A stretch of DNA of 64,000 nucleotides from an uncultured Alphaproteobacteria bacterium. Its GTDB lineage: Bacteria > Pseudomonadota > Alphaproteobacteria > Rhizobiales > Xanthobacteraceae. The translations under genes were made by a program, and so were the position numbers. Each line of letters opens with the position of its first letter. Position 1 is the first letter of the stretch. The notes beneath the pieces are model-generated. The model saw nothing but the letters and a program-made list of their open reading frames with translations. It did no database searches and was not told the DNA's origin. This document shows, piece by piece, positions 18,332 through 27,098 of this stretch. The stretch is from the NCBI GenBank assembly GCA_963753575.1, contig CAVWCR010000005.1, positions 397,547 through 461,546 on the forward strand, in the 5' to 3' direction.

Positions 18332-19465
18332 ATGCGCATTGCAGTCGCGCGGGAGACCGATTCGGCCGAAGACCGGGTCGCCGCGACCCCGGAAACGGTC
18401 CGGAAGATGAAGAGCCTTGGCGCCGACGTCTTGGTCGAGCCGGGCGCCGGGATCAAGTCGGGCTTTCCGGACGGCGAATACGCGGCCGCCGGCGCCAGCA
18501 TCGAGAAGGATGCCGTCAAGAACGCCGACGTGGTGCTCAAGGTGCGCCGGCCGGGCGCGCTTGAGGTCGCGCTCTACAAGCCCCGCACGCTCGTCATCGC
18601 CATCATGGATCCGTTTGGCAACGAAACGGCGCTCAAAGAGCTGGCGGCCGCCGGCGTCGTCGCCTTCGCGATGGAACTGATGCCGCGCATCACGCGCGCG
18701 CAGTCGATGGACGTGCTGTCGAGCCAGGCCAACCTCGCCGGCTATCGCGCGGTGATCGACGGCGCCGCCGAATATGGCCGCGCGCTGCCGATGATGATGA
18801 CGGCTGCCGGCACGGTGCCGGCCGCCAAGGTGTTCGTCATGGGAGCGGGCGTCGCCGGTCTGCAGGCGATTGCGACCGCGCGCCGGCTCGGCGCCGTGGT
18901 GACCGCGACCGACGTGCGTCCCGCCGCCAAGGAGCAGGTGGAAAGCCTCGGCGCCAAGTTCATCGCGGTCGAGGACGAGGAATTCAAGCAGGCTGAGACC
19001 GCCGCCGGCTACGCCAAGGAAATGTCGAAGGAGTACCAGGCCAAGCAGGCTGCGCTCGTTGCCGAGCACATCAAGAAGCAGGACATCGTCGTCACCACCG
19101 CGCTGATCCCGGGCCGACCCGCGCCGCGGCTGATCTCGAAGGACATGGTGGCCTCGATGCGGCCGGGCTCGGTGATCGTCGACCTCGCGGTCGAGCGCGG
19201 CGGCAATTGCGAAATGGCCAAGCCCGGCGCGGTCGCCGACGTCAACGGCGTCAAGATCATCGGCCACCTCAACATGCCGGGGCGCCTGCCCGCCTCGGCG
19301 TCGGCCCTCTACGCCAAGAACCTCTACAATTTTCTCGAGACGCTCGTGGACAAGAAGGAGAAGGCGCTCGCCGTCAAGTGGGACGACGAGCTCGTCAAGG
19401 CCACCGTGCTCACGCGCGACGGCGCCGTCGTGCATCCGAACTTCGCGCCGAAGAATGCAGCCTAG
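18332..19465 (+). CDS. pntAA: NAD(P) transhydrogenase subunit alpha part 1 (dI)
   Basis: GAGGAG SD, ATG 18332. Alanine-dehydrogenase-like fold motifs, VFVMGAGVAGLQAIATARRLGA Rossmann motif. Confidence 0.9.
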   Translation: MRIAVARETDSAEDRVAATPETVRKMKSLGADVLVEPGAGIKSGFPDGEYAAAGASIEKDAVKNADVVLKVRRPGALEVALYKPRTLVIAIMDPFGNETALKELAAAGVVAFAMELMPRITRAQSMDVLSSQANLAGYRAVIDGAAEYGRALPMMMTAAGTVPAAKVFVMGAGVAGLQAIATARRLGAVVTATDVRPAAKEQVESLGAKFIAVEDEEFKQAETAAGYAKEMSKEYQAKQAALVAEHIKKQDIVVTTALIPGRPAPRLISKDMVASMRPGSVIVDLAVERGGNCEMAKPGAVADVNGVKIIGHLNMPGRLPASASALYAKNLYNFLETLVDKKEKALAVKWDDELVKATVLTRDGAVVHPNFAPKNAA

Positions 19466-19498
19466 AGCGCCCGATGAAAGTCACTCGCTCCGCCTTCG

Positions 19499-19694
19499 CC
19501 GTTCGTCCCCGCGCAAGCGGAGACTCAGTGCGACAAATCGATGAATTTGAGCAGGCCGCCCTGGGTCCCGGGTGCTCGCCCGGGACACGTGACTCGTGTC
19601 CCGGCCGAAGCGACAGCGAAGCTGACGCGAGAGCCGGGATCCAGATCTTTAGCATGCCTGACTGCTGGATTCCCGCTTGCGCGGGGACGAACGG
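19499..19694. mobile_element. MITE/REP-like element (termini CCGTTCGTCCCCGCGCAAGCGG ... CCGCTTGCGCGGGGACGAACGG)
   Basis: 22-bp perfect terminal inverted repeats at 19499-19520 and 19673-19694, with inner hairpin GTCCCGGG...CCCGGGAC. Same terminal family as 39108-39281. Lies between pntAA and pntAB. Confidence 0.6.
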
Positions 19695-19732
19695 TCGAGA
19701 TGTGACGCATGCGACCTGAGGAGATCTAGAAC

Positions 19733-20149
19733 ATGTTGATCGTTCCATCCGCAGGCCTCGCGCCATTCGGCAACGTCGTGCTGGCTCAGCTCGACATTAC
19801 AGCCGCCGCGGCTGGCGACGCTGCTCACGCCGCGACCGGCGGGGCGGTCGATCCGTTCGTGTTCCGGCTGTCGATCTTCGTCTTGGCAGTGTTTGTCGGC
19901 TACTACGTGGTGTGGTCGGTGACGCCCGCGCTGCATACGCCGCTGATGTCGGTGACCAACGCGATCTCCTCGGTGATCGTGGTGGGCGCGCTGCTCGCGG
20001 TCGGCGTGGCGCTGGTCGCCAACGACTCCGGCCCGGTATGGGCGCGCATCCTCGGCTTCGTCGCGCTGATCTTTGCCTCGATCAACATCTTCGGCGGCTT
20101 CCTGGTCACCCAGCGCATGCTCGCGATGTACCAGAAGAAAAAGAAATGA
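19733..20149 (+). CDS. pntAB: NAD(P) transhydrogenase subunit alpha part 2 (membrane dII-alpha)
   Basis: 138 aa. TM helices with [23 protein letters not shown] and [17 protein letters not shown] motifs. Confidence 0.85.
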   Translation: MLIVPSAGLAPFGNVVLAQLDITAAAAGDAAHAATGGAVDPFVFRLSIFVLAVFVGYYVVWSVTPALHTPLMSVTNAISSVIVVGALLAVGVALVANDSGPVWARILGFVALIFASINIFGGFLVTQRMLAMYQKKKK

Positions 20150-20183
20150 GACCCGCCACCACGGATCCGGAAAGCAAATCGTT

Positions 20184-21578
20184 ATGACCGCCGATCTGAC
20201 CGCTCTGCTCTATCTCGTTGCGGGCGTCCTGTTCATCCTGGCGCTGCGCGGGCTCTCAAGCCCGGCAACGAGCCGGCAGGGCAACCTGTTCGGCATCCTC
20301 GGCATGACGATTGCGATCGTCACCACGCTCGCTTCGCATCCGCCGGCCGGCATCGGGGCCTGGCTGCTGGTCGGGCTCGGGGTTGCGATCGGCGGCAGCA
20401 TCGGCGCCGTGATCGCGCGGCGCGTGCCGATGACCATGATGCCGGAGCTGGTCGCCGCCTTCCATTCGCTGGTCGGCATGGCGGCGGTGCTGGTCGCGGC
20501 CGGCGCGCTCTACGCGCCCGCCGCCTTCGATATCGGCACCGTCGGGCACATCCACACCGCGAGCCTGATCGAGATGTCGCTCGGTGTCGCGATCGGTGCC
20601 ATCACCTTCACCGGCTCGGTGATTGCCTTCCTCAAGCTTTCCGGCCGCATGAGCGGGAAGCCGATCATCCTGCCGTTGCGCCATCTCATCAATATAGCGC
20701 TCTTCACCGCGATCGTGCTCCTGATCGTGTGGTTCGCCCGCAGCGAAAGCTACGCGGCGTTCTGGCTGCTGGCGCTCGCATCCTTTTCATTCGGCGTGCT
20801 GATCATCGTTCCGATCGGCGGCGCCGACATGCCGGTCGTGATCTCGATGCTCAATTCCTATTCGGGTTGGGCGGCAGCCGGCATCGGCTTCACGCTCGGC
20901 AACTCGGCGCTGATCATCACCGGTGCGCTGGTCGGCTCCTCCGGCGCGATCCTGTCCTACATCATGTGCGCGGGCATGAACCGCAGCTTCATCTCGGTCA
21001 TCCTCGGCGGCTTCGGTGGTGAGGTCGCGGGTCCGGCCAGCGGCCAGGAGCAGCGTCCCGTCAAGATCGGCTCGGCCGACGACGCCGCCTACATCATGAA
21101 GAACGCCAGCAAGGTCATCATCGTGCCCGGCTACGGCATGGCGGTCGCGCAGGCGCAGCACGCGCTGCGCGAGATGGCCGACCGGCTCAAGAAGGAAGGC
21201 GTCGAGGTCAAGTACGCCATCCATCCGGTCGCCGGCCGCATGCCCGGCCACATGAACGTGCTGCTCGCCGAAGCCAATGTGCCTTACGACGAGGTGTTCG
21301 AGCTCGAGGACATCAATTCCGAGTTTGCGCAGGCCGACATCGCATTCGTGATCGGCGCCAACGACGTGACCAACCCGGCTGCCGAGGAGGACAAGACCTC
21401 CCCGATCTACGGCATGCCGGTGCTGCAGGTCTGGAAGGCCGGCACCGTGATGTTCATCAAGCGCTCGCTCGCCTCTGGCTACGCCGGCATCGACAATCCG
21501 CTGTTCTATCGCGACAACACCATGATGCTCTTGGGCGACGCCAAGAAGATGTCGGAGAGCATCGTCAAGGCGCTTTAG
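20184..21578 (+). CDS. pntB: NAD(P) transhydrogenase subunit beta
   Basis: ATG 20184 (MTADLTALLYLVAG...), 464 aa. C-terminal dIII motifs VPGYGMAVAQAQH, IHPVAGRMPGHMNVLLAEA, GANDVTNPAA. Confidence 0.92.
   Translation: MTADLTALLYLVAGVLFILALRGLSSPATSRQGNLFGILGMTIAIVTTLASHPPAGIGAWLLVGLGVAIGGSIGAVIARRVPMTMMPELVAAFHSLVGMAAVLVAAGALYAPAAFDIGTVGHIHTASLIEMSLGVAIGAITFTGSVIAFLKLSGRMSGKPIILPLRHLINIALFTAIVLLIVWFARSESYAAFWLLALASFSFGVLIIVPIGGADMPVVISMLNSYSGWAAAGIGFTLGNSALIITGALVGSSGAILSYIMCAGMNRSFISVILGGFGGEVAGPASGQEQRPVKIGSADDAAYIMKNASKVIIVPGYGMAVAQAQHALREMADRLKKEGVEVKYAIHPVAGRMPGHMNVLLAEANVPYDEVFELEDINSEFAQADIAFVIGANDVTNPAAEEDKTSPIYGMPVLQVWKAGTVMFIKRSLASGYAGIDNPLFYRDNTMMLLGDAKKMSESIVKAL
21533..21574. repeat. 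42-bp direct repeat, left copy (functional 3' end of pntB)
   Basis: GGGCGACGCCAAGAAGATGTCGGAGAGCATCGTCAAGGCGCT, identical to 22086-22127. Confidence 0.95.
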
Positions 21579-21669
21579 CCATTTTGCGATCGCTTTTGGC
21601 GAGTTATCGGGCACTTGCGCCGGGAGCCACGCAGCGTAGATACTTGTTTTTCGGACCCGAGGTGAGCCC

Positions 21670-21873
21670 ATGAAGATCAAGGTCGTCGTGCACGAGGCGG
21701 AGGAAGGCGGCTATTGGGCCGAGGTGCCGGCCATCCCTGGCTGTGCAACCGAGGGCGAAACGTTCGAGGAACTGCTGAAAAATCTATACGAGGCGGTCGA
21801 AGGCTGCCTGTCCGTGGATATTGCGGAGCCCCGCCCAGGCGGCAAGGAGCGCATTCTGGAAATCGCTGTATGA
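21670..21873 (+). CDS. hicB: HicB-family (UPF0150-type) antitoxin
   Basis: 67 aa. HEAEEGGYWAEVPAIPGCATEGETFEELLKNLYEAVEGCL is the classic small HicB pattern. Stop overlaps hicA start (ATGA). Confidence 0.8.
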   Translation: MKIKVVVHEAEEGGYWAEVPAIPGCATEGETFEELLKNLYEAVEGCLSVDIAEPRPGGKERILEIAV

Positions 21874-22080
21874 AGGCGCTATCGGGACGCGAATTCGCGC
21901 GTCTGATTGAACGCCACGGCTGGACCCTTCTGCGAGTCCACGGCAGCCACCACATCTATGGGAGAACTGGAAGCGTGGTGCGGCTGTCTATTCCCATTCA
22001 CGGTAAACAGGCCGCTCAAGACAGGTCTCCTGCGCCATCTTGCGAAGCTGGCAGAGCTTCCGGCGGAGGAGCTAGATTAG
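21870..22080 (+). pseudogene. hicA: HicA-family mRNA interferase toxin, disrupted by a +1 frameshift at AAA 22005-22007
   Basis: MKALSGREFARLIERHGWTLLRVHGSHHIYGRTGSVVRLSIPIHG is HicA. After 22007 the sensible continuation NRPLKTGLLRHLAKLAELPAEELD* (stop 22078-22080) is in the +1 frame. The in-frame continuation is Ala/Gly/Arg junk running to 22142. Confidence 0.7.
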
Positions 22081-22085
22081 TGGCC

Positions 22086-22127
22086 GGGCGACGCCAAGAA
22101 GATGTCGGAGAGCATCGTCAAGGCGCT
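22086..22127. repeat. 42-bp direct repeat, right copy (orphan pntB 3' end, still followed by an in-frame TGA)
   Basis: Identical to 21533-21574. Would encode GDAKKMSESIVKAL* with stop at 22129-22131. Confidence 0.95.
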
Positions 22128-22168
22128 GTGATCATCATTTGAGATCAGGTACGCGCGCGGGGCGATCC

Positions 22169-22372
22169 ATGAGAAAATTTTTGTTGGCCATCGGCGTTGT
22201 CGCCATCTTGATCGGGCTCGTCTGGATCGGGCAGGGTACCGGCTATTTCCCCTATCCGCGCAGCAGTTTCATGATCAACGAAATGCCGTGGGCCTATTAC
22301 GGCATTGTGCTGGCGGTCCTGGGTCTGGTCGCGGTCGCGGCTTCGAGGATGCTTGCCCGACGGTCGTCGTAG
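22169..22372 (+). CDS. Small two-TM membrane protein
   Basis: MRKFLLAIGVVAILIGLVWIGQG...YYGIVLAVLGLVAVAASRML. Coding-like codon bias. No family recognised. Confidence 0.5.
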   Translation: MRKFLLAIGVVAILIGLVWIGQGTGYFPYPRSSFMINEMPWAYYGIVLAVLGLVAVAASRMLARRSS

Positions 22373-22441
22373 ACAGGAGCGCCATCAGAAGGCGACCTGC
22401 GCGCCTGGCAAAGCGGTTGGGCGTTGCATAATTGAGCCCCC

Positions 22442-23119
22442 ATGGATGATCTCAATGCTCGCACCATCAGGGCGGGGCTGCGCGGCTTCGCGGTGTTTGC
22501 GGTGCTCATTTTCCTGCCAGCCGGGACGCTCCGCTATTGGCAAGGCTGGGCATTTCTGGCGACATTCACCGCCGCCTCGACGGCGCTTACGATCTATATG
22601 GCCGTTTGTGACAAGAAGCTTCTCGAGCGGCGTCTGCGCGCGGGGCCGACGGCTGAAAAGGAAACCTCGCAAAAGATCATCATGTTTTTCACGACGCTGG
22701 GGTTTGTGGCGTTTCTTGTGTTCCCCGTGCTCGACCATCAATTCGGCGGGTCACCGGTGCCGCCCTCTATCTCGATCGCCGGAGATGTGCTGGTCGCATT
22801 GAGTTTCCTGTTCATCTTTTTCGTGATGAGAGAGAACAGCTATGCAGCGTCGACGATACAGATCGCAGAGGATCAGAAAGTCATATCAACCGGGCCCTAC
22901 GCACTCGTGCGTCATCCGATGTATGCCGGAGCGCTCCTTCTGATTTTTGGCATGCCGCTGGCGCTCAATTCGTGGTACGGCCTGCTCGGCATTCTTATTT
23001 TCCTCCCCGTGCTTGTCTGGAGGCTGCTTGATGAGGAGAATTTTCTGACGCGAAACCTGCCGGGATATGCAGAATACAAGAGCAAGGTGCGCTGGCGGCT
23101 GATCCCCGGGCTGTTCTAG
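22442..23119 (+). CDS. Isoprenylcysteine carboxyl methyltransferase (ICMT/PEMT-like) family membrane protein
   Basis: 225 aa, multi-TM. TGPYALVRHPMYAGALLLIFGMPLAL and EENFL motifs. Confidence 0.75.
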   Translation: MDDLNARTIRAGLRGFAVFAVLIFLPAGTLRYWQGWAFLATFTAASTALTIYMAVCDKKLLERRLRAGPTAEKETSQKIIMFFTTLGFVAFLVFPVLDHQFGGSPVPPSISIAGDVLVALSFLFIFFVMRENSYAASTIQIAEDQKVISTGPYALVRHPMYAGALLLIFGMPLALNSWYGLLGILIFLPVLVWRLLDEENFLTRNLPGYAEYKSKVRWRLIPGLF

Positions 23120-23151
23120 GATTCAGGCCAAGCGGACAGGGCAAGGTCACA

Positions 23152-24132
23152 ATGTCGAAGACGTTCTCCGGATTGGTGTCGTTTGGGCTTGCTGGCATCC
23201 TGCTGCTGGCGCTGCTTGTGGCGCCGGCCGGGGCGCAGACCCACCCGTCGCGCCCGGTCACCATCATCACGCCGTTCGCAGCCGGCAGCGTCACCGACGC
23301 GACCGCGCGCACGATTGCGCAGCATCTGCAGGAGACGCTGGGCCAGCCGTTCGTGGTGGAGAATCGCGCGGGAGCAGGCGGCCTCCTGGCGGCGACCGCG
23401 GTGGCGCGCGCCAGCCCGGATGGCTACACGCTTCTTCTCACCACCAATTCGACGCACTCTGCCGCTCCGGGCCTGTTCAAGAGCGTGCCGTACGATCCGA
23501 TCAAGGATTTCACGCCGATCGCCCGCATCGGCAGCTTCCCGTCGCTGATCGCCGTCCACCCGAGCCTGCCGATCAAGTCGATGCAGGAGTTCGTCGCCTA
23601 CGCCAAGGCCAACCCCAGCAAGCTCAGCTATGCGCATGGCAACAGCACAGGCCACATCACCGGCGAGGCCCTGAGGCGGCGTACCGGCATCGACGTCGTG
23701 CGGGTCGCTTATCGCAGTAACCCGGCCGCGATGACCGACCTGATCGCCGGTCACGTCCCGGCGATGATCCCGGATTTCGGCACCGCGCTCCCGCAGGTGC
23801 GCGCACAGAAGATCCGTCCGCTGGCAGTACTCACTCGTACGCGCAGTGCGACGCTGCCGGATCTGCCGACGCTGCATGAGACGGTGATGCCGAACTACGA
23901 CCTGCTTGCCTGGGCGGGCCTTTTCGCTCCCGCCAACTTGCCGTCACCGATCGCCTCCCGCATTGCCGCAGAGCTCGGCAAGATGCTGGCACAGCCCACC
24001 GTCAAGGCGCATTTCCTGAACGCGGGGGTCGAGGTTTTCTTCAGCGGTCCGGAGGAGTTCGACGCCTACGTGAAGTCCGAGCTCACGAAATGGACCGGCC
24101 TGATCAAGGAGGTCGGCATCGAGCCGCAATGA
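23152..24132 (+). CDS. Bug-family (TctC-like) tripartite tricarboxylate transporter substrate-binding protein
   Basis: Signal peptide, then PSRPVTIITPFAAGSVTD...VVENRAGAGG...PDGYTLL, C-terminal W..LIKEVGIEPQ. Confidence 0.9.
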   Translation: MSKTFSGLVSFGLAGILLLALLVAPAGAQTHPSRPVTIITPFAAGSVTDATARTIAQHLQETLGQPFVVENRAGAGGLLAATAVARASPDGYTLLLTTNSTHSAAPGLFKSVPYDPIKDFTPIARIGSFPSLIAVHPSLPIKSMQEFVAYAKANPSKLSYAHGNSTGHITGEALRRRTGIDVVRVAYRSNPAAMTDLIAGHVPAMIPDFGTALPQVRAQKIRPLAVLTRTRSATLPDLPTLHETVMPNYDLLAWAGLFAPANLPSPIASRIAAELGKMLAQPTVKAHFLNAGVEVFFSGPEEFDAYVKSELTKWTGLIKEVGIEPQ

Positions 24133-24260
24133 CGCCCGCCGGCGTCGCGTACACGGCAAATTGAATACGTGCTGCGTTCCCCGCTACCGTGTTTCCATGA
24201 TTGGAGACGAGATTTCGCGGGCGGGTTGCGACCACCAGCGGTGGGGCAGAGGAGGTGCAC

Positions 24261-24551
24261 ATGCGTATCTTGATCGGACTTGCCATGTTGACGGCGGCTT
24301 TGGCGGCCAGCGTCGAGCCAGGCAGCGCCCAGAACCGGCCATGGTGCCTGCGGGAGGGCTTTACCGGACCCGGCTGGTGTGGCTTCGACAGCTTTGCGCA
24401 ATGCATGGCGACGGCCCGCGGGCAGGGCGGCTCGTGCATCGAGAACGTCGAGATCCTCTGGGAGCGCCGTTATGGAAAGCAGAAGAAGCGCAATGCGCAT
24501 CGGCGCCAGCGGCAAAATGGCGATTGGGGCTGGTCCGACAATTGGCGTTGA
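24261..24551 (+). CDS. DUF3551-like small secreted Cys-rich protein
   Basis: GGAGGTG SD, ATG 24261, signal peptide. Pattern WC-x10-C-x7-C-x10-C with QCMATARGQGGSC. Paralogue at 29785-30066. Confidence 0.65.
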   Translation: MRILIGLAMLTAALAASVEPGSAQNRPWCLREGFTGPGWCGFDSFAQCMATARGQGGSCIENVEILWERRYGKQKKRNAHRRQRQNGDWGWSDNWR

Positions 24552-24840
24552 TCGCTGAACGGCCGAGCAGGGACGATTGAACCTGACCGGGTTTGCGGCT
24601 GCGGCATTGGCCCGCGCCTGCAGCGCCAAGACCGGGGGTTTGCGCGCTCGCGCGCATTTCAGCCCAACTCAACCCGACCGCATGGCCCGCCGGCGCCCTC
24701 GGCATGAGCGGGCGCGCCGCGTGGGATGCTGCTGCGCTTGCCAGCCCGGCGGGCATTTGCTCTAGTTTTGCGACCGAATTTGCCGCGTCCCTTACGGGCT
24801 GGTTGCGGCAATCGAAAGATTGAAAAAGGGAGGAAGTTCC

Positions 24841-26601
24841 ATGATCAGGGCTCGCTATGGCGTTGCGGCTGCCGTCCTCGGTGTCTTTGCCGCGGCGCCC
24901 GTCACCGCCCCGCTGTTCGCGCAGGCGTTTCGGCCGGTCACCGATGCGATGTTGGCCAATCCGGCTCCCGGCGACTGGCTGATGATCAACCGCACCTTCG
25001 ATCAGCACCGCTTCAGCCCGCTCGACCAGATCAACAAGAGCAATGTCGGGCAGCTGCGCATGGCCTGGACGCGCGGGTTGCCGCCCGGCACCCAGGAATC
25101 GACGCCGGTCGTGCATGACGGCATCATCTACCTGTTCGTGCCGGGCGCTGGCGTGCAGGCGGTCGACGGCACCAACGGCGATCTGATCTGGGAATACCAG
25201 CGCGACTATCCGCAGTCGGTGCGGCCGCAGCTCGCGCGCAACAAGAATATCGGCATCTACGAGGACATGGTCTATCTGGCGGCGCCGGATGGCGTCCTGG
25301 TCGCGCTCGACGCCAAGACCGGGAAGGTGCGCTGGGAGACCAAGGTCGACAATGGCGGCCAGACCGCCGGCGGAATGCTGGTTGCGGACGGCAAGGTCAT
25401 CACCAGCCGGACCTGCCAGATGGGCAAGCGCGAGAACTGCTTCATCGCGGCGCACGACGCCAAGACCGGCAAGGAATTGTGGAAGTTCTATTCGACCGCC
25501 GCCCCGGGCGAGCCGGGCGGCGACACCTGGGCCGACATGCCGGTGGAGCAGCGTGCCGCCGGTCCCTGGGGCTTGCCGGGCTCCTATGATGCCAAGCGCA
25601 AGCTCATCTATTGGGGCATCGCCAACCCGAATCCCTATACGCGGCTGTCGCGTCACGGCCGTTATGACGCGGTGTCGCTGACGGCGCCCGCGAATCTCTA
25701 CAGCAATTCCACCGTGGCGCTCGATATCAACACCGGCAAGCTCGCCTGGTACTACCAGGAATTGCCGGGCGACGACTGGGACGCGGACCACAACCACGAA
25801 CGCATACAGGTGAAGACGCGCCTCAACCCCGACCCCAAGCACGTCAAGTGGATCTCCTCCGCGCTGCCGCGCAACGAGGAGCGTGAAGTGATCGTGACGG
25901 TCGACGAGGGCGGCGGCATGTTCGTGATCGATCAGGACTCCGGCCGGTTCCTGTGGGCGAACCCGTTCCCCTACGACGATCCCAATATCAACATGAACGA
26001 TATCGACCTGAAGACCGGCCAGACGCGGGTCAATGTCGACAAACTGTTCAAGAAGGACGGCGACAAGATTCTCGGCTGCTATCACAACACGCGCGGGCTC
26101 TGGTCGATCGCCTACAGCCCCAAGAACAATTCGGTCTACGTTCCGTTCCAGGACCAGTGCCTGTCGATGACCGCGAACCTCAAGAGCAAGACCGGCTGGG
26201 GACCGCGCAAGGGCGTCATGCGGCCCGGCATCGATCCGAAGAAGTTCATGAATCTCGCCAAGATCGATCTTTCGACCGGTGAGATGAAGGTGCTCCACTC
26301 GCAGCCGCAGCCGGGCAACGGATCGGCGCTGGTCACCGCCGGCGACCTGGTGTTCTGGGGCGACCTCAACCGCCGCTTCCGGGCGTTCGACGCCGATACC
26401 GGCAAAATGCTCTGGGAGAGCGTGCTCGGCGGCATGATCATGACCAGCACGATCAGCTATTCGGTGAACGGCAAGCAGTACATCCTGGTCAACACCGGCC
26501 AAGGCCAGTCGGTGACCGCCGGGCCGCTCGGCCTTACCAAGGACTCGATGCCGAAGCCGGTGCGCGGGCACAACTCGGTCGTCGTGTTCGCCTTGCCATA
26601 G
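24841..26601 (+). CDS. PQQ-dependent dehydrogenase, methanol/ethanol family (atypical: no vicinal Cys-Cys)
   Basis: AAGGGAGGA SD, ATG 24841. Signal peptide. VTDAMLANPAPGDWLMINRTFDQHRFSPLDQINKSNV N-terminus, propeller W-motifs, DDWDADHNHE active-site segment. Confidence 0.88.
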   Translation: MIRARYGVAAAVLGVFAAAPVTAPLFAQAFRPVTDAMLANPAPGDWLMINRTFDQHRFSPLDQINKSNVGQLRMAWTRGLPPGTQESTPVVHDGIIYLFVPGAGVQAVDGTNGDLIWEYQRDYPQSVRPQLARNKNIGIYEDMVYLAAPDGVLVALDAKTGKVRWETKVDNGGQTAGGMLVADGKVITSRTCQMGKRENCFIAAHDAKTGKELWKFYSTAAPGEPGGDTWADMPVEQRAAGPWGLPGSYDAKRKLIYWGIANPNPYTRLSRHGRYDAVSLTAPANLYSNSTVALDINTGKLAWYYQELPGDDWDADHNHERIQVKTRLNPDPKHVKWISSALPRNEEREVIVTVDEGGGMFVIDQDSGRFLWANPFPYDDPNINMNDIDLKTGQTRVNVDKLFKKDGDKILGCYHNTRGLWSIAYSPKNNSVYVPFQDQCLSMTANLKSKTGWGPRKGVMRPGIDPKKFMNLAKIDLSTGEMKVLHSQPQPGNGSALVTAGDLVFWGDLNRRFRAFDADTGKMLWESVLGGMIMTSTISYSVNGKQYILVNTGQGQSVTAGPLGLTKDSMPKPVRGHNSVVVFALP

Positions 26602-26720
26602 AGAAAGTGCAGGCGGGTTGTGCGTCGTCAAACGAGAAGCCCCCGTCCAACCAGGGCGGGGGCGCTTGCGTCAACTAGGGGCGCCATAGTCACGGCGGCC
26701 TATTCGGGATTTGAGAGTCC

Positions 26721-27029
26721 ATGAGCATTCGTCTGCCTGCAGCCTTCCTCGTCGTTGCGATCGTGGCTGTGCCCGCCATGGCGCAGGATCGCGCCAAGAT
26801 CGAAGCCGGCGCCGAAGTTTATGCGACGCATTGTGCGTCTTGCCACGGCGAGCGGCTGCGCAACACCGGCGCGGCGTACGATCTGTTGCAGCTCAAGCCC
26901 AACGAGCGCGAGCGCTTCGTGCAGGCCGTCAATGACGGCAAGGGCCAGATGCCGTCGTGGGCCGGCGTGATCAGCGACGAAGAGATCGACCAGATCTGGG
27001 CCTATATCCGCTCAAGGGCGGATAGTTAG
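26721..27029 (+). CDS. Class I c-type cytochrome (probable electron acceptor of the upstream dehydrogenase)
   Basis: 102 aa, signal peptide, haem motif CASCHG, distal GQMPSW. 120 bp downstream of the dehydrogenase, same strand. Confidence 0.8.
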   Translation: MSIRLPAAFLVVAIVAVPAMAQDRAKIEAGAEVYATHCASCHGERLRNTGAAYDLLQLKPNERERFVQAVNDGKGQMPSWAGVISDEEIDQIWAYIRSRADS

Positions 27030-27098
27030 CGCGCCGCTGGTGATTGCCGGATGCCCGCTTTCGCGGATGATGACAGTTCAGTGGTTGTTGAGTTCGCC

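Noticed and set aside
21714-22142. 142-aa ORF that could be taken as a single intact gene
   Set aside because: Its first third is hicB read out of frame. The middle is genuine HicA. The last third is frameshifted read-through into the duplicated pntB tail. It is better explained as hicB plus frameshifted hicA.
24361-26631. 756-aa ORF on the minus strand, the longest in this part of the window
   Set aside because: It lies exactly antisense to the PQQ dehydrogenase gene. Its translation is Arg/Ala/Gly/Pro/His-rich low-complexity with no recognisable motif. Long stop-free antisense frames are expected in 65% GC DNA. The same reasoning applies to 737-1654(-), 2129-3001(-), 6975-8213(-), 10336-11508(-), 12850-14592(-), 16366-17934(-), 18194-19435(-), 37356-38891(-), 49176-50825(+) and 62566-63558(-).
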